This document shows, one piece after another, positions 19,440 to 31,093 of a stretch of 64,000 nucleotides of DNA. The position numbers and the translations under genes were made by a program. A model generated the notes under the pieces. It saw nothing but the letters and a program-made list of their open reading frames with translations, did not search any database and was not told the origin of the DNA. Source of the DNA: Bdellovibrionota bacterium (GTDB taxonomy: Bacteria; Bdellovibrionota_C; UBA2361; OMII01); NCBI GenBank assembly GCA_044351885.1, contig JBILEW010000010.1, positions 30 to 64,029 of the forward strand. The letters are read 5' to 3'. Position 1 is the stretch's first letter; each line of letters begins with the position of its first letter.

Positions 19440-20777
19440 ATGGGAGTTTCGAGTTTAAAAAAATTGTACGCAGCGATTGTAATAGCGGGAGTCACTCTCG
19501 TTCCGATCGCACGTGCTCAGGAGATTACTCGTCTAGGAGGTGATGCCACCTCCGATCTCCCTCCTAGTGTGGCTCTCGAACTTCCGGCTCCGAACATCGG
19601 ATCAGAAAAGTTGTCGCAGCGTCACATCGAAGCTCATGCGGAGTTTCATAGCTCCTTTGAAGGGCGAACTGTGAAGGGCAGGAGTGTCTTGGGCCCTTTT
19701 TTCAACCACAACTCGTGCGGCGGCTGTCATTTCAAGAACAGTCGGGGGCCGGTGTCGTTCTCGTCAAGTGCCGAGGGGAGTCCGATGCTCGTCAAGGTTG
19801 GCTTGAGAGGATTGAATCCAGACGGCTCTCCACGCAACGTGCCGGGAGTCGGAGAGCAGCTTCAAGATCACACCAGTGACGGAAAGGTACGCTTTAAGAT
19901 TCGTCTTCGCTTCCGTACGGAGCGTGGTAGCTATCCCGATGGCACTCCGTATACGCTTCGACGCCCGCTTCTACGGTTTTCTGTGCCAAACGTCGACTCC
20001 AAGCGGATCGTAACGTCCTTGCGAATGACCCCGCCAGTTATCGGCATGGGATTACTGGAGGCGATACCGGCATACAAGATCTACTCGTTGGTAGATCCGG
20101 CGGATCGAAACAGAGATGGAATCTCCGGCCGCGCGAGCTTTGTTCCAGACCTTCAAACAGGAAAGTCTTCGCTGGGCCGCTTCGGATGGCGAGCAACGCA
20201 CCCCACGCTCAAACAGCAGACGGCCGCTGCATTTGCACACGACATGGGAATGACCAATGAGCTCTTTCGCGAAGGTGACGGAACCTTCGAGGTCTCCTCG
20301 GAGCTGCTCGATCAAATTCGATTCTACCAACAAGCAGCAGGTGTGACCCCTGCAAGAGATCAGAGTAATCGCGATGTGGTAGCGGGTAAGTCGATCTTTC
20401 AGCGCATCAACTGTTCAGGTTGTCACACGATGACCTTCGTTACAGGTGCCTCTACGTATCCCGGTGTTGCAAACCAAGTGATCCACCCCTTCACGGACCT
20501 TCTCTTGCACGATATGGGGGTTGGTCTGAAGGATAATCGCCCGGAATTTTCTGCAAGTGGTAAGGAGTGGCGTACTCCACCGCTCTGGGGCATAGGACTT
20601 ACTGAAACTCTCACCCTCTCGAAGAAGCGCATCGGTTTCCTTCACGATGGGCGCGCCCGGACTATAGAGGAAGCTATCCTCTGGCACGGAGGCGAGGCGC
20701 AGCGCTCGCGCGATGCGTTTAAGTCCTTGCGGCGCAAGGAGCGCGAGCAATTGATTATGTTCCTCCGCTCTCTGTAG
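19440..20777 (+). CDS. Di-heme oxidoreductase family protein (DUF1111-like)
   Basis: Signal peptide; LGPFFNHNSCGGCH, GMGLLEAIP, GRFGWRA, CSGCH, TDLLLHDMG, EWRTPPLWGIG, LHDGRARTIEEAILWHGGEA. Confidence 0.88.
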   Translation: MGVSSLKKLYAAIVIAGVTLVPIARAQEITRLGGDATSDLPPSVALELPAPNIGSEKLSQRHIEAHAEFHSSFEGRTVKGRSVLGPFFNHNSCGGCHFKNSRGPVSFSSSAEGSPMLVKVGLRGLNPDGSPRNVPGVGEQLQDHTSDGKVRFKIRLRFRTERGSYPDGTPYTLRRPLLRFSVPNVDSKRIVTSLRMTPPVIGMGLLEAIPAYKIYSLVDPADRNRDGISGRASFVPDLQTGKSSLGRFGWRATHPTLKQQTAAAFAHDMGMTNELFREGDGTFEVSSELLDQIRFYQQAAGVTPARDQSNRDVVAGKSIFQRINCSGCHTMTFVTGASTYPGVANQVIHPFTDLLLHDMGVGLKDNRPEFSASGKEWRTPPLWGIGLTETLTLSKKRIGFLHDGRARTIEEAILWHGGEAQRSRDAFKSLRRKEREQLIMFLRSL

Positions 20778-20850
20778 TCGCTCGTGTGCGAAGAGGCGAG
20801 GAGCTGGCTCTGTTTCGCTCATAAGAGCACAGACCTATCCTCTTTTTGGA

Positions 20851-21285
20851 GGCTCATCGTGGAATCCAGTCGGCGGTGCCGAGGCCGGGGATAGCGCAAG
20901 TCGTTGTTTTGACCGAAACATCCCGCCTTTCCACGTGAACGTACCCGAACGAGCGGCTTTATTCCCTCCCGCCCGAACTAGAGCAGTATGCTCGACTATG
21001 AAAAACTAGACGTCTATTGAACAGCGCTATTTCTCAATAGCACGAAGATCGGTCATGGAGTGTGGTGCCCTCTTTGATCTGTTAAGCGCTCTAAGCTATG
21101 TCGTCCCCTGACGCCTGACGAGTATCGCGCTGGGAAGCGTTTGCTTACAAGGATTGCAACCATGCTTTCCAAGCTATGCCTTCAGCCCCCATGACGCTCG
21201 TTTCGGGTACGTTCACGTTTACGTGCACGAGCACGTTTACGTCCGGATAATACCGAGTCCTACCCACTCGATTCCACGAAGAGTC
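20851..21285 (+). mobile_element. NCGTRN inverted-repeat element carrying a deleted four-helix-bundle gene (copy 1)
   Basis: Inner IR acgtgaacgtacccgaa (20933) / ttcgggtacgttcacgt (21202); imperfect outer IR ggctcatcgtggaatc / gattccacgaagagtc; highly similar to 40941-41282. Confidence 0.75.
20988..21194 (+). pseudogene. Four-helix-bundle protein (23S rRNA IVS protein / TIGR02436-like) remnant
   Basis: Fragments in shifting frames: MLDYEKLDVY*, QRYFSIARRSVMECGALFDLL, LTPDEYRAGKRLLTRIATMLSKLC. Confidence 0.75.
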
Positions 21286-21302
21286 TTTTTGCACCCTGTG
21301 GT

Positions 21303-24300
21303 TTATGCAGCCTGCGGCGTCCGAAATGATGCATGCAAACGCATGCGCTCTCGCAGCGCCTCGCCCCACAAGGTACGCGCTTCGCTAAGCTCACGAGGAT
21401 GACCTTCGAAGACGACTGTGCCTCCCTGCTCTCCAGGTCCTGGTCCAAGCTCGATCACCCAATCCGCTTGCGTAATGGTATCAGCGTCGTGCTCTATCAC
21501 GATTACCGAGTGGCCTTGATCAACGAGACGATGCAAACCCTTCAGGAGTAGTTCGACATCCAAGCGATGCAATCCTGTGGTTGGCTCATCGAGGATGTAT
21601 ACCGTGTGTCCCTTTCGAGACGTGTGTAGCTCGGAGACGAGTTTTATGCGTTGGCTCTCGCCTCCCGAGAGGGTCGAGGATGGCTGCCCGAGAGTGAGGT
21701 ACCCCAAGCCTAATTCGCAGGCCAGCCTGCATACCTGGTGAACCTTGCGGTGGTTAACGAAGAAGGTTTTGGCCTCCTCGAAGGTCAGTTTCAAAACCTG
21801 GCTGATGCTCAGATCGCGAAACTTCACGGAATCTGCTTCGACGGAAAATCTACTTCCCATGCAGCCTTCGCAGAGAACCGTTGCCTCGGCCAGAAAGCTC
21901 ATCTCCAGCTTGAGCTCCCCTTGGCCTTTACACACCGAGCAGCGCCCCTTGCCCGTGTTGTGCGAAAAATAGCTCGCCCCCCAACCTCTCGACTTCGCTT
22001 CGAGGGTCTCTGCGAACACTTTACGTATCTCATCCCAGATTCCCAGATACGAAGCGGGGGTCGAACGAGAGGTTTTACCGATCGGTTGTTGATCCACTAC
22101 GAGATGACGCTCGATCGGAAGGGTGCTCGTGACGACACCGCAGGTGCCACGGTAGATCCCCTTGGCACCCGCTCCGGAAGCCAGCGCCTCCCCGAGAACC
22201 CCGTGAACGAGCGAACTCTTTCCGGAACCTGATATGCCGGCCACCACTACCAGGCTCTCGAGAGGAATTTTCACATCCAGCCTCGATAGGTTGTTCTTCG
22301 TAGCTCCTTCGATCGAGATGTGCTCTGTAGAGGTGGAGGTTGACTCGTTGATCGAGAGTTGAGTGCCGAGCGCAGCTCCCGTTGGACTCTTCTTAGCTAC
22401 AACTGCATCTCGAACTGAGCCTTCAAATACGATCTCTCCACCGTGTCTACCCGCAGCCGGTCCAACATCGATGATGTGCTCGGCCGCAAGTATGTTGTCT
22501 ATCTCGTGCTCGATCTGGATTACCGTGTTGCCACGCTCCTTGAGCTCGATCAGCTTTTTGAGTAGGCGTTTGTTGTCGGCCGGATGGAGACCTGCACTCG
22601 GTTCGTCGAAGATGTAGGTCGCCCCGCACAGAGGAGAGCCCATGGCAGTTGCGAGCCGTAACCGTTGAAGCTCTCCGTTGGACAGCGTCGAGCACTCTCT
22701 GTTGAGAGAGAGATGTTCGAGGCCGAGATCCACGAGAGTCGACAGCTTTCCCTCTAATTCCGAGAGTATTGGCAAAGCTATCTCACGTCGAGCCTTATCC
22801 GCTCGCAGCGATGCGAGCGTCTGTGCTAGCTGTGGTGCAGGTAGATTCGTCAATTCGTGAATGTTCTTTCCTAGGAGACGTATGCTGCGTCCGATCTCGT
22901 TGATCCTTGTCCCACAACATTCAGGGCATAACTTTCCCCGTACCGTTCCGAAACCATCGCAGCGATCGCACCGTCCTCTGCGTGAGTTGAAGGAGAGATC
23001 CTCCGGGTCCGGCTTGAAGAAGCCACGATGGCACACCTGACACGTTCGCTCAGAGCTGAAGATCTGCTCGTCGCTTTCACTGACTACGACAACTGTGCCG
23101 CCGCCGACAGCGAGGGTTTGGACAACGCCCTCTCGGATCAGGTCCACCGGCATGTTTTTGACATTGAAGCGAGCAGTCACGAAGTCTATAGAGTGGCTCT
23201 TGGTTTTAGCGAGTCCCTCGTCGACGAAACGTGAAGGAGCCGAGAAGGTACCATCTACACGAACCTCGCTAATCTCCGTCTCCATCGCCCTCTGGAATAC
23301 GGCTCGATGATTGCCTTTCTTTTGGTTGATGACAGGGGCAAGGATCCGGACGGTTCCCTTGTAGGTACTCTTAATGAGATCTGCGATGTGTTCAGCGGAG
23401 AGGGGAGAGATCGCCTGCTCCGGGTGATCTGGACAGTATTGAATTCCCACCTTGGCGTACAGAAGTCGCAAAAAGTTGTACACCTCGCTCATCGTAGCAA
23501 CGGTGGAGAGGGCAGAAGGTTGAAAGGTGTGTTGGTAGACGCAGATGGTCGGTTGCACGTTACGAATGTCGTCGATGGCGGGCTTCTTGAGCTCCTTGAT
23601 GAATTGACGCGCATATGGAGAGAGACAATCGAGATATCGACGCTGACCCTCGGCATACAGGATATCCTTGGCGATGGTCGATTTTCCGGAACCGGAAACC
23701 CCAGTGAGCGTCACGAGTGTGTTGAGCGGGATGTCGAGGTTCACGTCCTTGAGGTTGTGCTCCTTGGCTCCCCTGATCTGAATCGCACGTGGCCCACTGC
23801 GCGCGCCTGAGGCCCGGTTCTTTCGCGCGCGCTTAGCAGACGCGGCCTTTTTGCGGACTTTACCGTATCGTTCGACGAACTCTTTCAGGTAATGAGCAGT
23901 CAAACTCAACCTGTTCCCACTGCCCACGGTGTCCGAAACAAACTGGTGAGGCGTGCCTTCCTTGAGCACCTCGCCACCTCGATAGCCGCCTTCTGGACCG
24001 AGATCGATTATCCAATCCGCATCTGCGATGAGGCGCAAGTTGTGCTCTACGCAAATTATCGAGTGTCCCTGATCTACGAGCAGCTCGAAGAGTTCGAGGA
24101 GCCGCTCCACATCCCTGACGTGTAGGCCCGTAGTCGGTTCGTCGAAGAGGAAGAGTGATCGACCTCGCGAGCCCTCGATAATGTGAGGGACGAGCTTTAG
24201 CCTCTGCGCCTCTCCACCTGACAGCTCGCTCAAGGGGTGTCCGAGGGTCAGGTGCCCTAAGCCAAGTTGTGAGAGAACCTTACACACACTGGAGATGAGC

Positions 24301-26690
24301 AGCTCACTACCGATAAATTCGCTGCACGCATCGACGCTCATTGAGAGTATCTCGTGGACATTTCTCCCTTTGTAACGAACCTCGAGAACAGGAGCCTGGA
24401 ATCGCATACCCAAGCAAGTTTCGCATTCGATGAAGACGTCGCTCAGAAACTGCATGTCCTCGCGGATGAAGCCAGCCCCTTCGCACGCTGGGCACCGTCC
24501 TGCGTTGACGTTGAAGGAGAACGAAGACTTCGAAAGCCCGCGGGCCTTCGCTTCCTCGGTGCTGGAAAGGAGCTCGCGCACGCGATCCCAGACCTTCGTA
24601 TAGGTGGCTATGTTGGCGCGCGGAGTCTTGGAGAGCGGAGACTGATCGACTAAGAGCACGTCGCGCACATGCTCAAATCCCGATACCTGAGCATCAACAG
24701 TGAGCTCACCCGGAACGATACCTTTAGAGAGCTCGTACGATGCCTCGATGACCTCGGTTAGAAGGGAGCTTTTGCCACTACCCGAGACCCCAGTAAGGCA
24801 CACAAACGCGTTCAATGGTATGTCGAGATTGATGGACTTGAGGTTGCGATTGGATGCCTTGCGAATCTCGAGTCTTCGCTCGAACGAAGGTTTTGCGTCG
24901 CGAGCGCTGAAGGAGCGCATGCCGAGGCCATCCCAGTCTTCACGCGCACCGAGGAAGGATACCTCTCCTCCCTTTTCGCCAGCCTCTGGCCCCAGCTCCA
25001 GTATAGTATCGGCTGCTTCCAGGCAGTCGGGATCGTGCTCGACAACCGCTAGAGAGTTGCCCTTGTCCGTAAGCTCTCTGAGAGCTCGCACGAGCTGATC
25101 GGTGTCGCGTGCATGTAGCCCCACCGAGGGCTCGTCCAAGACGAAGTGAGTCGAGATGAGGTTGCTTCCCAAAGCGGATACGAGATTGACTCGTTGTGTC
25201 TCACCACCCGACAGGGTCCTCGCTTGTCGATCGAGGCTGAGGTATGGCAATCCCAGCGCGACGAGATAGCCGAGTCGACTACCGATGTTCTCGCAAACGT
25301 CCTTGAGTTCGCGCGGCATCCGTCCCTCTGTCTTGAGAGTGCCTCTCAAGCGGTCGAACCAGGTAGAGAGCTCGTCGAGCGGCATTTTCCAGATCTCTGC
25401 GATTGTGCGCCCTTCAATCTGATATGCGAGCGCGTCCGACTTAAGGCGAGTTCCTTTGCACGAAGGGCAGTCGACCTGACCGCGGTAGCGCGCAAGGAAG
25501 ACGCGCACGTGCATCTTGTATTTCTTACCTTCGAGATATTTGAACCACGCATTGATCCCGACGAACTTCCGAGAGCGGCTCTCGAAGATGAGATTGCGTT
25601 GCTCGGTAGAGAGCGCAGACCAGGGCTTGTCTATAGGAATGCCTGCCTCCTTGCAAAAAGCCAGGAGTTGCTTGTGTTCCCAGGCGGCGGAGTTGCCTCG
25701 CCAGCATTCGACTGCATATCCGGCGATCGTCTTACTGTGGTCCGGTACGCACTTGTTTGGATCGATTACGAGAATTTTTCCAAATCCATTACACTCACTA
25801 CATGCACCTATCGGATGGTTGTAGGAAAAGAGCGCCGGTCGCGGACGCTCGATCGAGATATCGCCATCACCACAATGAAAGGTGTTCTTGAACACATACG
25901 ACTCGAATAGGGTGCTGACGACTTTGGGTTCACCCAAGGTTGAAACTCGAGCCAAGGGCTTGGTGACTTTGCGAGCGACCTCAATCACCTCGATGGTGCC
26001 ATTTCCGAGGGAGAAGCACTGTTCGAGGGATTCCCGCAGCCGCTTCGCGGAGAAATTCCCCTCTTTGCAGCGGTCGATGATTACTGAAAGCTGTTTGATT
26101 CGCTTCGGTGGCGGCGTGTCTTCGAAGCTCGAGATCTCCGCCTTCGTTTGGTCGAAATATCGCGAGTACCCCAACATCTGCAGTCGCTCGAGTGTCTCGC
26201 GGGAGTTGCCAACCCTCACACCGACGAGAAAAGTAGCGTGCGACTTTACAGAGCACCAGCGCTCGAGGAGTTCGGTTACCCGCACAGGATCCCAGCGCGT
26301 AAGCTCGAGTCCGCATCGCGGGCACATCGGAGTTGAGACGTTGCTCCACACGATTTTGAGGTAATCGTTGATGTCGGTCATCGACCCGACCGTTGAGCGC
26401 GAGTTTAGGATCCTCGTACGCTGTTGGATAGCAATAGCCGGCCGCACGTTCTCCAACAGGTCAACCTTGGGGCGCTTCACCTTATCGAAGAATTGGCGAG
26501 TATAGGGAGAGAACGTCTCTATGTAGCGGCGCTGTCCCTCTGCGTAGATCGTGTCGAAAGCGAGGGAGGATTTGCCGGATCCCGAGAGCCCCGTGATACC
26601 GACAAATGTGTCGTGTGGCATCTCGATATCGATGTGCTTGAGGTTGTTCTCGCGGGCGTTACGGATTGTGAGGGAGTTGCGCGCAGCCAT
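21303..26690 (-). CDS. uvrA: Excinuclease ABC subunit A, double-length (four ABC domains)
   Basis: Four Walker A motifs GxSGSGKS, two YAEGQRRY motifs, signatures LSGGE x3 and LSNGE, multiple Zn-finger CxxC pairs. Confidence 0.95.
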   Translation of the reverse strand: MAARNSLTIRNARENNLKHIDIEMPHDTFVGITGLSGSGKSSLAFDTIYAEGQRRYIETFSPYTRQFFDKVKRPKVDLLENVRPAIAIQQRTRILNSRSTVGSMTDINDYLKIVWSNVSTPMCPRCGLELTRWDPVRVTELLERWCSVKSHATFLVGVRVGNSRETLERLQMLGYSRYFDQTKAEISSFEDTPPPKRIKQLSVIIDRCKEGNFSAKRLRESLEQCFSLGNGTIEVIEVARKVTKPLARVSTLGEPKVVSTLFESYVFKNTFHCGDGDISIERPRPALFSYNHPIGACSECNGFGKILVIDPNKCVPDHSKTIAGYAVECWRGNSAAWEHKQLLAFCKEAGIPIDKPWSALSTEQRNLIFESRSRKFVGINAWFKYLEGKKYKMHVRVFLARYRGQVDCPSCKGTRLKSDALAYQIEGRTIAEIWKMPLDELSTWFDRLRGTLKTEGRMPRELKDVCENIGSRLGYLVALGLPYLSLDRQARTLSGGETQRVNLVSALGSNLISTHFVLDEPSVGLHARDTDQLVRALRELTDKGNSLAVVEHDPDCLEAADTILELGPEAGEKGGEVSFLGAREDWDGLGMRSFSARDAKPSFERRLEIRKASNRNLKSINLDIPLNAFVCLTGVSGSGKSSLLTEVIEASYELSKGIVPGELTVDAQVSGFEHVRDVLLVDQSPLSKTPRANIATYTKVWDRVRELLSSTEEAKARGLSKSSFSFNVNAGRCPACEGAGFIREDMQFLSDVFIECETCLGMRFQAPVLEVRYKGRNVHEILSMSVDACSEFIGSELLISSVCKVLSQLGLGHLTLGHPLSELSGGEAQRLKLVPHIIEGSRGRSLFLFDEPTTGLHVRDVERLLELFELLVDQGHSIICVEHNLRLIADADWIIDLGPEGGYRGGEVLKEGTPHQFVSDTVGSGNRLSLTAHYLKEFVERYGKVRKKAASAKRARKNRASGARSGPRAIQIRGAKEHNLKDVNLDIPLNTLVTLTGVSGSGKSTIAKDILYAEGQRRYLDCLSPYARQFIKELKKPAIDDIRNVQPTICVYQHTFQPSALSTVATMSEVYNFLRLLYAKVGIQYCPDHPEQAISPLSAEHIADLIKSTYKGTVRILAPVINQKKGNHRAVFQRAMETEISEVRVDGTFSAPSRFVDEGLAKTKSHSIDFVTARFNVKNMPVDLIREGVVQTLAVGGGTVVVVSESDEQIFSSERTCQVCHRGFFKPDPEDLSFNSRRGRCDRCDGFGTVRGKLCPECCGTRINEIGRSIRLLGKNIHELTNLPAPQLAQTLASLRADKARREIALPILSELEGKLSTLVDLGLEHLSLNRECSTLSNGELQRLRLATAMGSPLCGATYIFDEPSAGLHPADNKRLLKKLIELKERGNTVIQIEHEIDNILAAEHIIDVGPAAGRHGGEIVFEGSVRDAVVAKKSPTGAALGTQLSINESTSTSTEHISIEGATKNNLSRLDVKIPLESLVVVAGISGSGKSSLVHGVLGEALASGAGAKGIYRGTCGVVTSTLPIERHLVVDQQPIGKTSRSTPASYLGIWDEIRKVFAETLEAKSRGWGASYFSHNTGKGRCSVCKGQGELKLEMSFLAEATVLCEGCMGSRFSVEADSVKFRDLSISQVLKLTFEEAKTFFVNHRKVHQVCRLACELGLGYLTLGQPSSTLSGGESQRIKLVSELHTSRKGHTVYILDEPTTGLHRLDVELLLKGLHRLVDQGHSVIVIEHDADTITQADWVIELGPGPGEQGGTVVFEGHPRELSEARTLWGEALRERMRLHASFRTPQAA

Positions 26691-27041
26691 TGGACAGAAT
26701 GTATCGTGTGAGTGTCAGAGCGGCAACAACGGGAACCTCGAAAAACGCGAAAATAGAGGTCCTTGCGGATGTAAATAGACACAAAGAGAGTGATGAGGAC
26801 AGAAGAGGGACGAGGGTCCGCTGTAATTTCTAAGCGGCTGTCCCTTGCACCTCGCTGCTCTCACCGTTCTCTTTGTAAACAGACCACTACTAAGAGAACG
26901 CGTGTGTCGAGCGATTGCTTCACCGAAGGTCTCTTGTCGCACGGGTTTGTGAGAGCGTACTCTGCCTAGCAAGACAGAGCCCGTTTTCGTACATATCCTA
27001 CATCTGGTACGATCGGTCTGAAGTTCCATAGGGGTATCGCC

Positions 27042-28286
27042 GTGAAAATGCTTGTTTCAAAATCTCTTCGAGAAAATCTTGCTCGCGTCTCTCTCTCGGT
27101 TCTACTGACGAGTTTTGCGGTATGTGCGTCGGTGCGGGCAGAGGAGGCAGCCTGTACCGTAGCCGCAGCAGCTTTGGAGCAGGCCGTGAAGATCCGAGGT
27201 CTAGAGAGAAAGTCTCAGGTTCCTTGTCTCGTAAGCGACAAGGCGCAGGTCGCAAAGTTTTTGCGTGAAACGATCGCCACGAAGCTGCCCCCGAATAAAA
27301 TAGAGATGGAGCAGCTGGTATATCGAACTCTCGGGGTAGTCCCCGAGGATTACGACTATGCAAATGGCATAATAGAACTGTATGCCAGCCAGATCGGGGG
27401 ATACTACGACCCTGAAAAGAAGCACTTCATCATGGCAGCCTGGATGCCGGCGGCGCTACAAGTAACGGTAGCCGTGCACGAGCTCACACATGCGCTTCAG
27501 GACCAACACTTCGACCTCGAGAAGATGATGGATCCCAAGCTTGAAAACGGAGACAAGCTCTTGGCTATAGCTGCTCTGGTTGAAGGCGATGCCACTGCTG
27601 TGATGACCGATTACATGAGAGCACTGGCGGGTCAGGCTCCGTTGAGCAAGGAGAGTAATATCGACAGCTTGTTGCTGCAGCAGGTCTTGGCCGGAAGCGC
27701 CGGAGGTTTTGAGAAAACCCCAGAGGCGCTTCGCTCGCTTCTGCTTTTTCCGTATACGAGCGGGCTTCGATTCGCGCACCGACTGCTCGTCGCGGGAGGA
27801 TATCCGGCTGTCGACAAGGCTTTTCTCAATCCCCCCACGAGCTCGCGTGAGATCCTTCACCCGGAGGTCTACCTGACGTCGAGCATCCCATCCAGTATCC
27901 CGAGTCTCGAAGAGTTGGACCGTGGAGGTTCGACGGCGAAGGAGTTGTACACGGATGTCATAGGAGAGTTCGGTATTTCGGCCCTTCTCGCTGCAGGACT
28001 GAAACAGAAAACCGAAGCGATCACTGCCGCCACTGGATGGTTGGGAGATCGGGTTGGAGTTTTTGAAACGCCCTCACCGGAGAGGCTGGTCTCGTGGAAG
28101 ACTCGGTGGGAGAGCGAGAAGGACGCCCAGGAGTTCGCGGAGGCGTATGGAAGGTTTTTAGAATCCCGCTATTCGACTAAACCTTCACCCGATGGCACCT
28201 ATGCTACTCGACGCAAGACCATCCGGATCTCGAGGTCTGGAGCAGATGTCTCGGTCGTTTTCGTGGCAGGCTCGACCGCTCAGTGA
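27042..28286 (+). CDS. Exported putative zinc metallopeptidase (HExxH)
   Basis: Signal peptide; IGGYYDP, VAVHELTHALQDQHF, LVEGDA, LLFPY..G. Confidence 0.7.
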   Translation: MKMLVSKSLRENLARVSLSVLLTSFAVCASVRAEEAACTVAAAALEQAVKIRGLERKSQVPCLVSDKAQVAKFLRETIATKLPPNKIEMEQLVYRTLGVVPEDYDYANGIIELYASQIGGYYDPEKKHFIMAAWMPAALQVTVAVHELTHALQDQHFDLEKMMDPKLENGDKLLAIAALVEGDATAVMTDYMRALAGQAPLSKESNIDSLLLQQVLAGSAGGFEKTPEALRSLLLFPYTSGLRFAHRLLVAGGYPAVDKAFLNPPTSSREILHPEVYLTSSIPSSIPSLEELDRGGSTAKELYTDVIGEFGISALLAAGLKQKTEAITAATGWLGDRVGVFETPSPERLVSWKTRWESEKDAQEFAEAYGRFLESRYSTKPSPDGTYATRRKTIRISRSGADVSVVFVAGSTAQ

Positions 28287-28425
28287 CTTGGTTTGCTTGA
28301 GCGCTTGTCAGGCAAGAATCGCCGTATGTGCCTGATGAGGGATGGTTTTACTTCGATTGTGGACCGAGGCTCAAGTGAATAAGAGACCTTGTCGATACCT
28401 ATGCTGAGACCTGGAGGGTAGAGGT

Positions 28426-29202
28426 GTGGACAAGGACAAGAAGTTCGATGTGCTATTACTGGATAACGACCTCGATGCGAGGATGCGGTTGCAGCATGCG
28501 ATTTCGCTCAATCCTGAATTTGGTCGAGATATTCAGACAAATAATTTCACCGAGGCTCTCGAGGTTTTCCGGGAGCAAACTAAGAGCCTAGACCTCGTCT
28601 TCATAGCAAATACAAATCTCCAATTTCAGGATATCGAGCAGTTTATCGGAGAGGCTCGAACTCTCGTAGGAGCGCAGGATGCTTCTTTTGTCGTGGTTTT
28701 CTCTTCGTATGAAGGCAAAGACGAGTTGATTGCTCAGGTATACAATTTAGGAGCGGACGGCTACATCTTCGAACCATACTCCGCCGATGATTTTCGTCGT
28801 ATGGCCAATATGGCAGCCCGTGTCGGTCCTCGACGTCTGATCGATCGTGAGGTGCTCTCGATCGGACCCACGGTAAGAGAAATGATAAAACTCATCGACC
28901 TGATGCATAGCCTACTTGCTCAGCAGTGCTCGATAGAAAAGAGCTGGGAGAGATTTCAGGCAATAGGACAGCGATTAGCTCGGTTTCAGAAGGAGTCCAA
29001 AGAGGTGTACTTCGAGTACATCCAAGAGGTCTTACCTCTATTGTCGGCTCCGGATCCAGAGATAAGCAGTCTCAAAAATCATCAGCATAAGAGCCCTCGG
29101 CTGCGAAAGCGCCTGGAGGATACGCTCCTGCGAGCGCCCGAAAAGCAAGCGGAGCAGGAGGCTGAATTGAAGCGCAAGCTCCCGCCGATCCGATGCGGCT
29201 GA
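28426..29202 (+). CDS. Atypical receiver-domain protein
   Basis: VLLLDND..RMRL, LDLVFI, LGADGYIFEPYS; GGAGGG RBS before GTG. Confidence 0.65.
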   Translation: MDKDKKFDVLLLDNDLDARMRLQHAISLNPEFGRDIQTNNFTEALEVFREQTKSLDLVFIANTNLQFQDIEQFIGEARTLVGAQDASFVVVFSSYEGKDELIAQVYNLGADGYIFEPYSADDFRRMANMAARVGPRRLIDREVLSIGPTVREMIKLIDLMHSLLAQQCSIEKSWERFQAIGQRLARFQKESKEVYFEYIQEVLPLLSAPDPEISSLKNHQHKSPRLRKRLEDTLLRAPEKQAEQEAELKRKLPPIRCG

Positions 29203-29219
29203 GGTCGCCACCAAATTCT

Positions 29220-30590
29220 TCAACGCCCGCATTCGAATCGCAACACCTCTTTGAGGTCCGATTGGAGGAACGAGTATCCATCGTTGCGTAAAGCGGTAGG
29301 CACGACACGCGTGCTCGCTAACAGCGCAGCATCCGCTAATTCTCCAAAGAGTATCCGCAGGGCAAAGCCGGGTAGAGGAAGCACCGTTGGTCTCCTGAGT
29401 ACGCTGCTGAGTGCTTTGACGAAATCGTAATTGGTAGTCGGATTCGGGGACACAGCGTTTACTGTACCGTCCAAAGTGTCGGAGTGAATTGCGTGTTCGA
29501 ATATGCCCAGGAGATCTTGAAGCGATATCCAACTCATGAACTGAGAGCCTTGTCCGAGCGGTCCCCCGACACCTGCTAGAAAAGCTGGCAGCATCTTCTT
29601 CAACGCGCCGCCGCGTGAGGTCAGAACGGTGCCGATACGCATCGTTACCAAGCGTGTATCGCTCTCTCTCAGAGGACTGGAGGCTGCTTCCCATTCCCTA
29701 CATGTGTCAGGCAGAAATCCGTGACCAAGCGGTCCGTTCTCGTCGACCTCGGTTGCTCCGGTATCGCCGTAGTAGCCGATCGCTGAGGCCATAATTGTGA
29801 CCCGTGGAGGGCGTGGAAGTTTGGCTATGGTCGAACACAGGAGGCTGGTTGAGGCTACGCGGCTATCTCGTATTCTCGCCTTCTTGGCCGCAGTCCAGCG
29901 GCCAGACGCTATATCGTCACCTCCGAGGTGGATAACGACATCGATTCCCTCGAAGACCGAAGGATCGAGTTCGCCGCCCAGCGGATTCCAAGCTCGCTCG
30001 AGGGGCGATGTTGGCTGGCGCCTCACGAGCCGTATCACAGAGTGACCGGCAGTAGTCAGGAAGCTGGTAAGTGCGGAGCCCACCAAACCAGAGGAGCCGC
30101 TGACGAGAATCGATGCGCGCGGACGACTCGCCCAGCGTGCATGTAGAGCTAGATCGTGCGCAAGAACGGAGTGTCTGTACTGAAAGAGTCGCCGGAGCTC
30201 TCGGACAAAAAGAAAACCGAGCGGCGTCGCTACAGTCGGAAGTTCGTAGGTAATCTCGTCGCGCAACGTGCACTGAGCGTCACCCGCTGGAATCACTGAG
30301 TGGATGTGTCTCCACTTCTTGAACGGCCCCGCAATCTGTTCGTCGGTGAATTGCTTGCCGGGTACATAGTCTCTGTGTCGAAACTTCCAGGTAACACCGC
30401 AGGATCCGAGAATCGGAACTTTGATGACTACCTCGGATCCATTTTCGATTCCACCAGAAGATTGCAAGACCTTCACGGGCTTCCAGGGTGCATTGAGGCG
30501 CTCGAACGCTCCCGGTCGAGCATGCCAGTCGAACACAGTAGCTGCCGCGTATGGAAGTATGCTTTCTTTTACAAAGGTTGCCACTGTCAT
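29220..30590 (-). CDS. SRPBCC + TIGR01777 (YfcH-like) NAD-dependent epimerase fusion
   Basis: WHARPGAFERL, GPFKKWRHIH; ILVSGSSGLVG, SAIGYYG, GFL..CREWE, QFMSWI. Confidence 0.9.
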   Translation of the reverse strand: MTVATFVKESILPYAAATVFDWHARPGAFERLNAPWKPVKVLQSSGGIENGSEVVIKVPILGSCGVTWKFRHRDYVPGKQFTDEQIAGPFKKWRHIHSVIPAGDAQCTLRDEITYELPTVATPLGFLFVRELRRLFQYRHSVLAHDLALHARWASRPRASILVSGSSGLVGSALTSFLTTAGHSVIRLVRRQPTSPLERAWNPLGGELDPSVFEGIDVVIHLGGDDIASGRWTAAKKARIRDSRVASTSLLCSTIAKLPRPPRVTIMASAIGYYGDTGATEVDENGPLGHGFLPDTCREWEAASSPLRESDTRLVTMRIGTVLTSRGGALKKMLPAFLAGVGGPLGQGSQFMSWISLQDLLGIFEHAIHSDTLDGTVNAVSPNPTTNYDFVKALSSVLRRPTVLPLPGFALRILFGELADAALLASTRVVPTALRNDGYSFLQSDLKEVLRFECGR

Positions 30591-30637
30591 CAGCCCCAGT
30601 TCTTCGCGAAGCCCGCTACAGTGCTACGAAATCCAGA

Positions 30638-31069
30638 TTAACCGAGCACGCGCTTCGCGGCTTCGCTGGCGCTCTTTCCGTCGTACTGGCCAGCAAAGTT
30701 CTCTTTGAGGTGCTTCATGACCAGAGGAAGCGTGAGCGCTGCGTTCGCGCTCTTCATCTCTACGATCATGCGCTCGAGCTCATCGCTACTCAGTTGCTTC
30801 GGCAAGAAAGATTCGAGCACAGAGATCTCGGCCAGCAATTGCTGCTTAGCCTCAGGTCTATTGGCTTGATCGGCGAACTGAATCGCCTCCTGGCGCTTCT
30901 TGACCTCACGCTGCACAACGGTAACGCAGTCCTGTGCCGAGAGTTCATCAATCGACTTCTGCATCTCTTCGTACTGAATCTCACTCAATACGGCGCGAAT
31001 GGTGTCGAGACGCAGACGATCCTGCGCCTTCATTGCAATTTTGAGTTCTTCTTTGAGTTTCTGCTTCAT
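30638..31069 (-). CDS. GatB/YqeY domain protein
   Basis: LK.AMKAQD..RL.TIR, KKRQEAI..F, E..VL..FLPKQLS. Confidence 0.9.
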   Translation of the reverse strand: MKQKLKEELKIAMKAQDRLRLDTIRAVLSEIQYEEMQKSIDELSAQDCVTVVQREVKKRQEAIQFADQANRPEAKQQLLAEISVLESFLPKQLSSDELERMIVEMKSANAALTLPLVMKHLKENFAGQYDGKSASEAAKRVLG

Positions 31070-31093
31070 AGCTTCTCGCGAGTGTGGTGGGCT

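Noticed and set aside
26691-27041. ncRNA or SOS box upstream of uvrA
   Set aside because: No recognisable RNA motif and no copy of the imuA palindrome.
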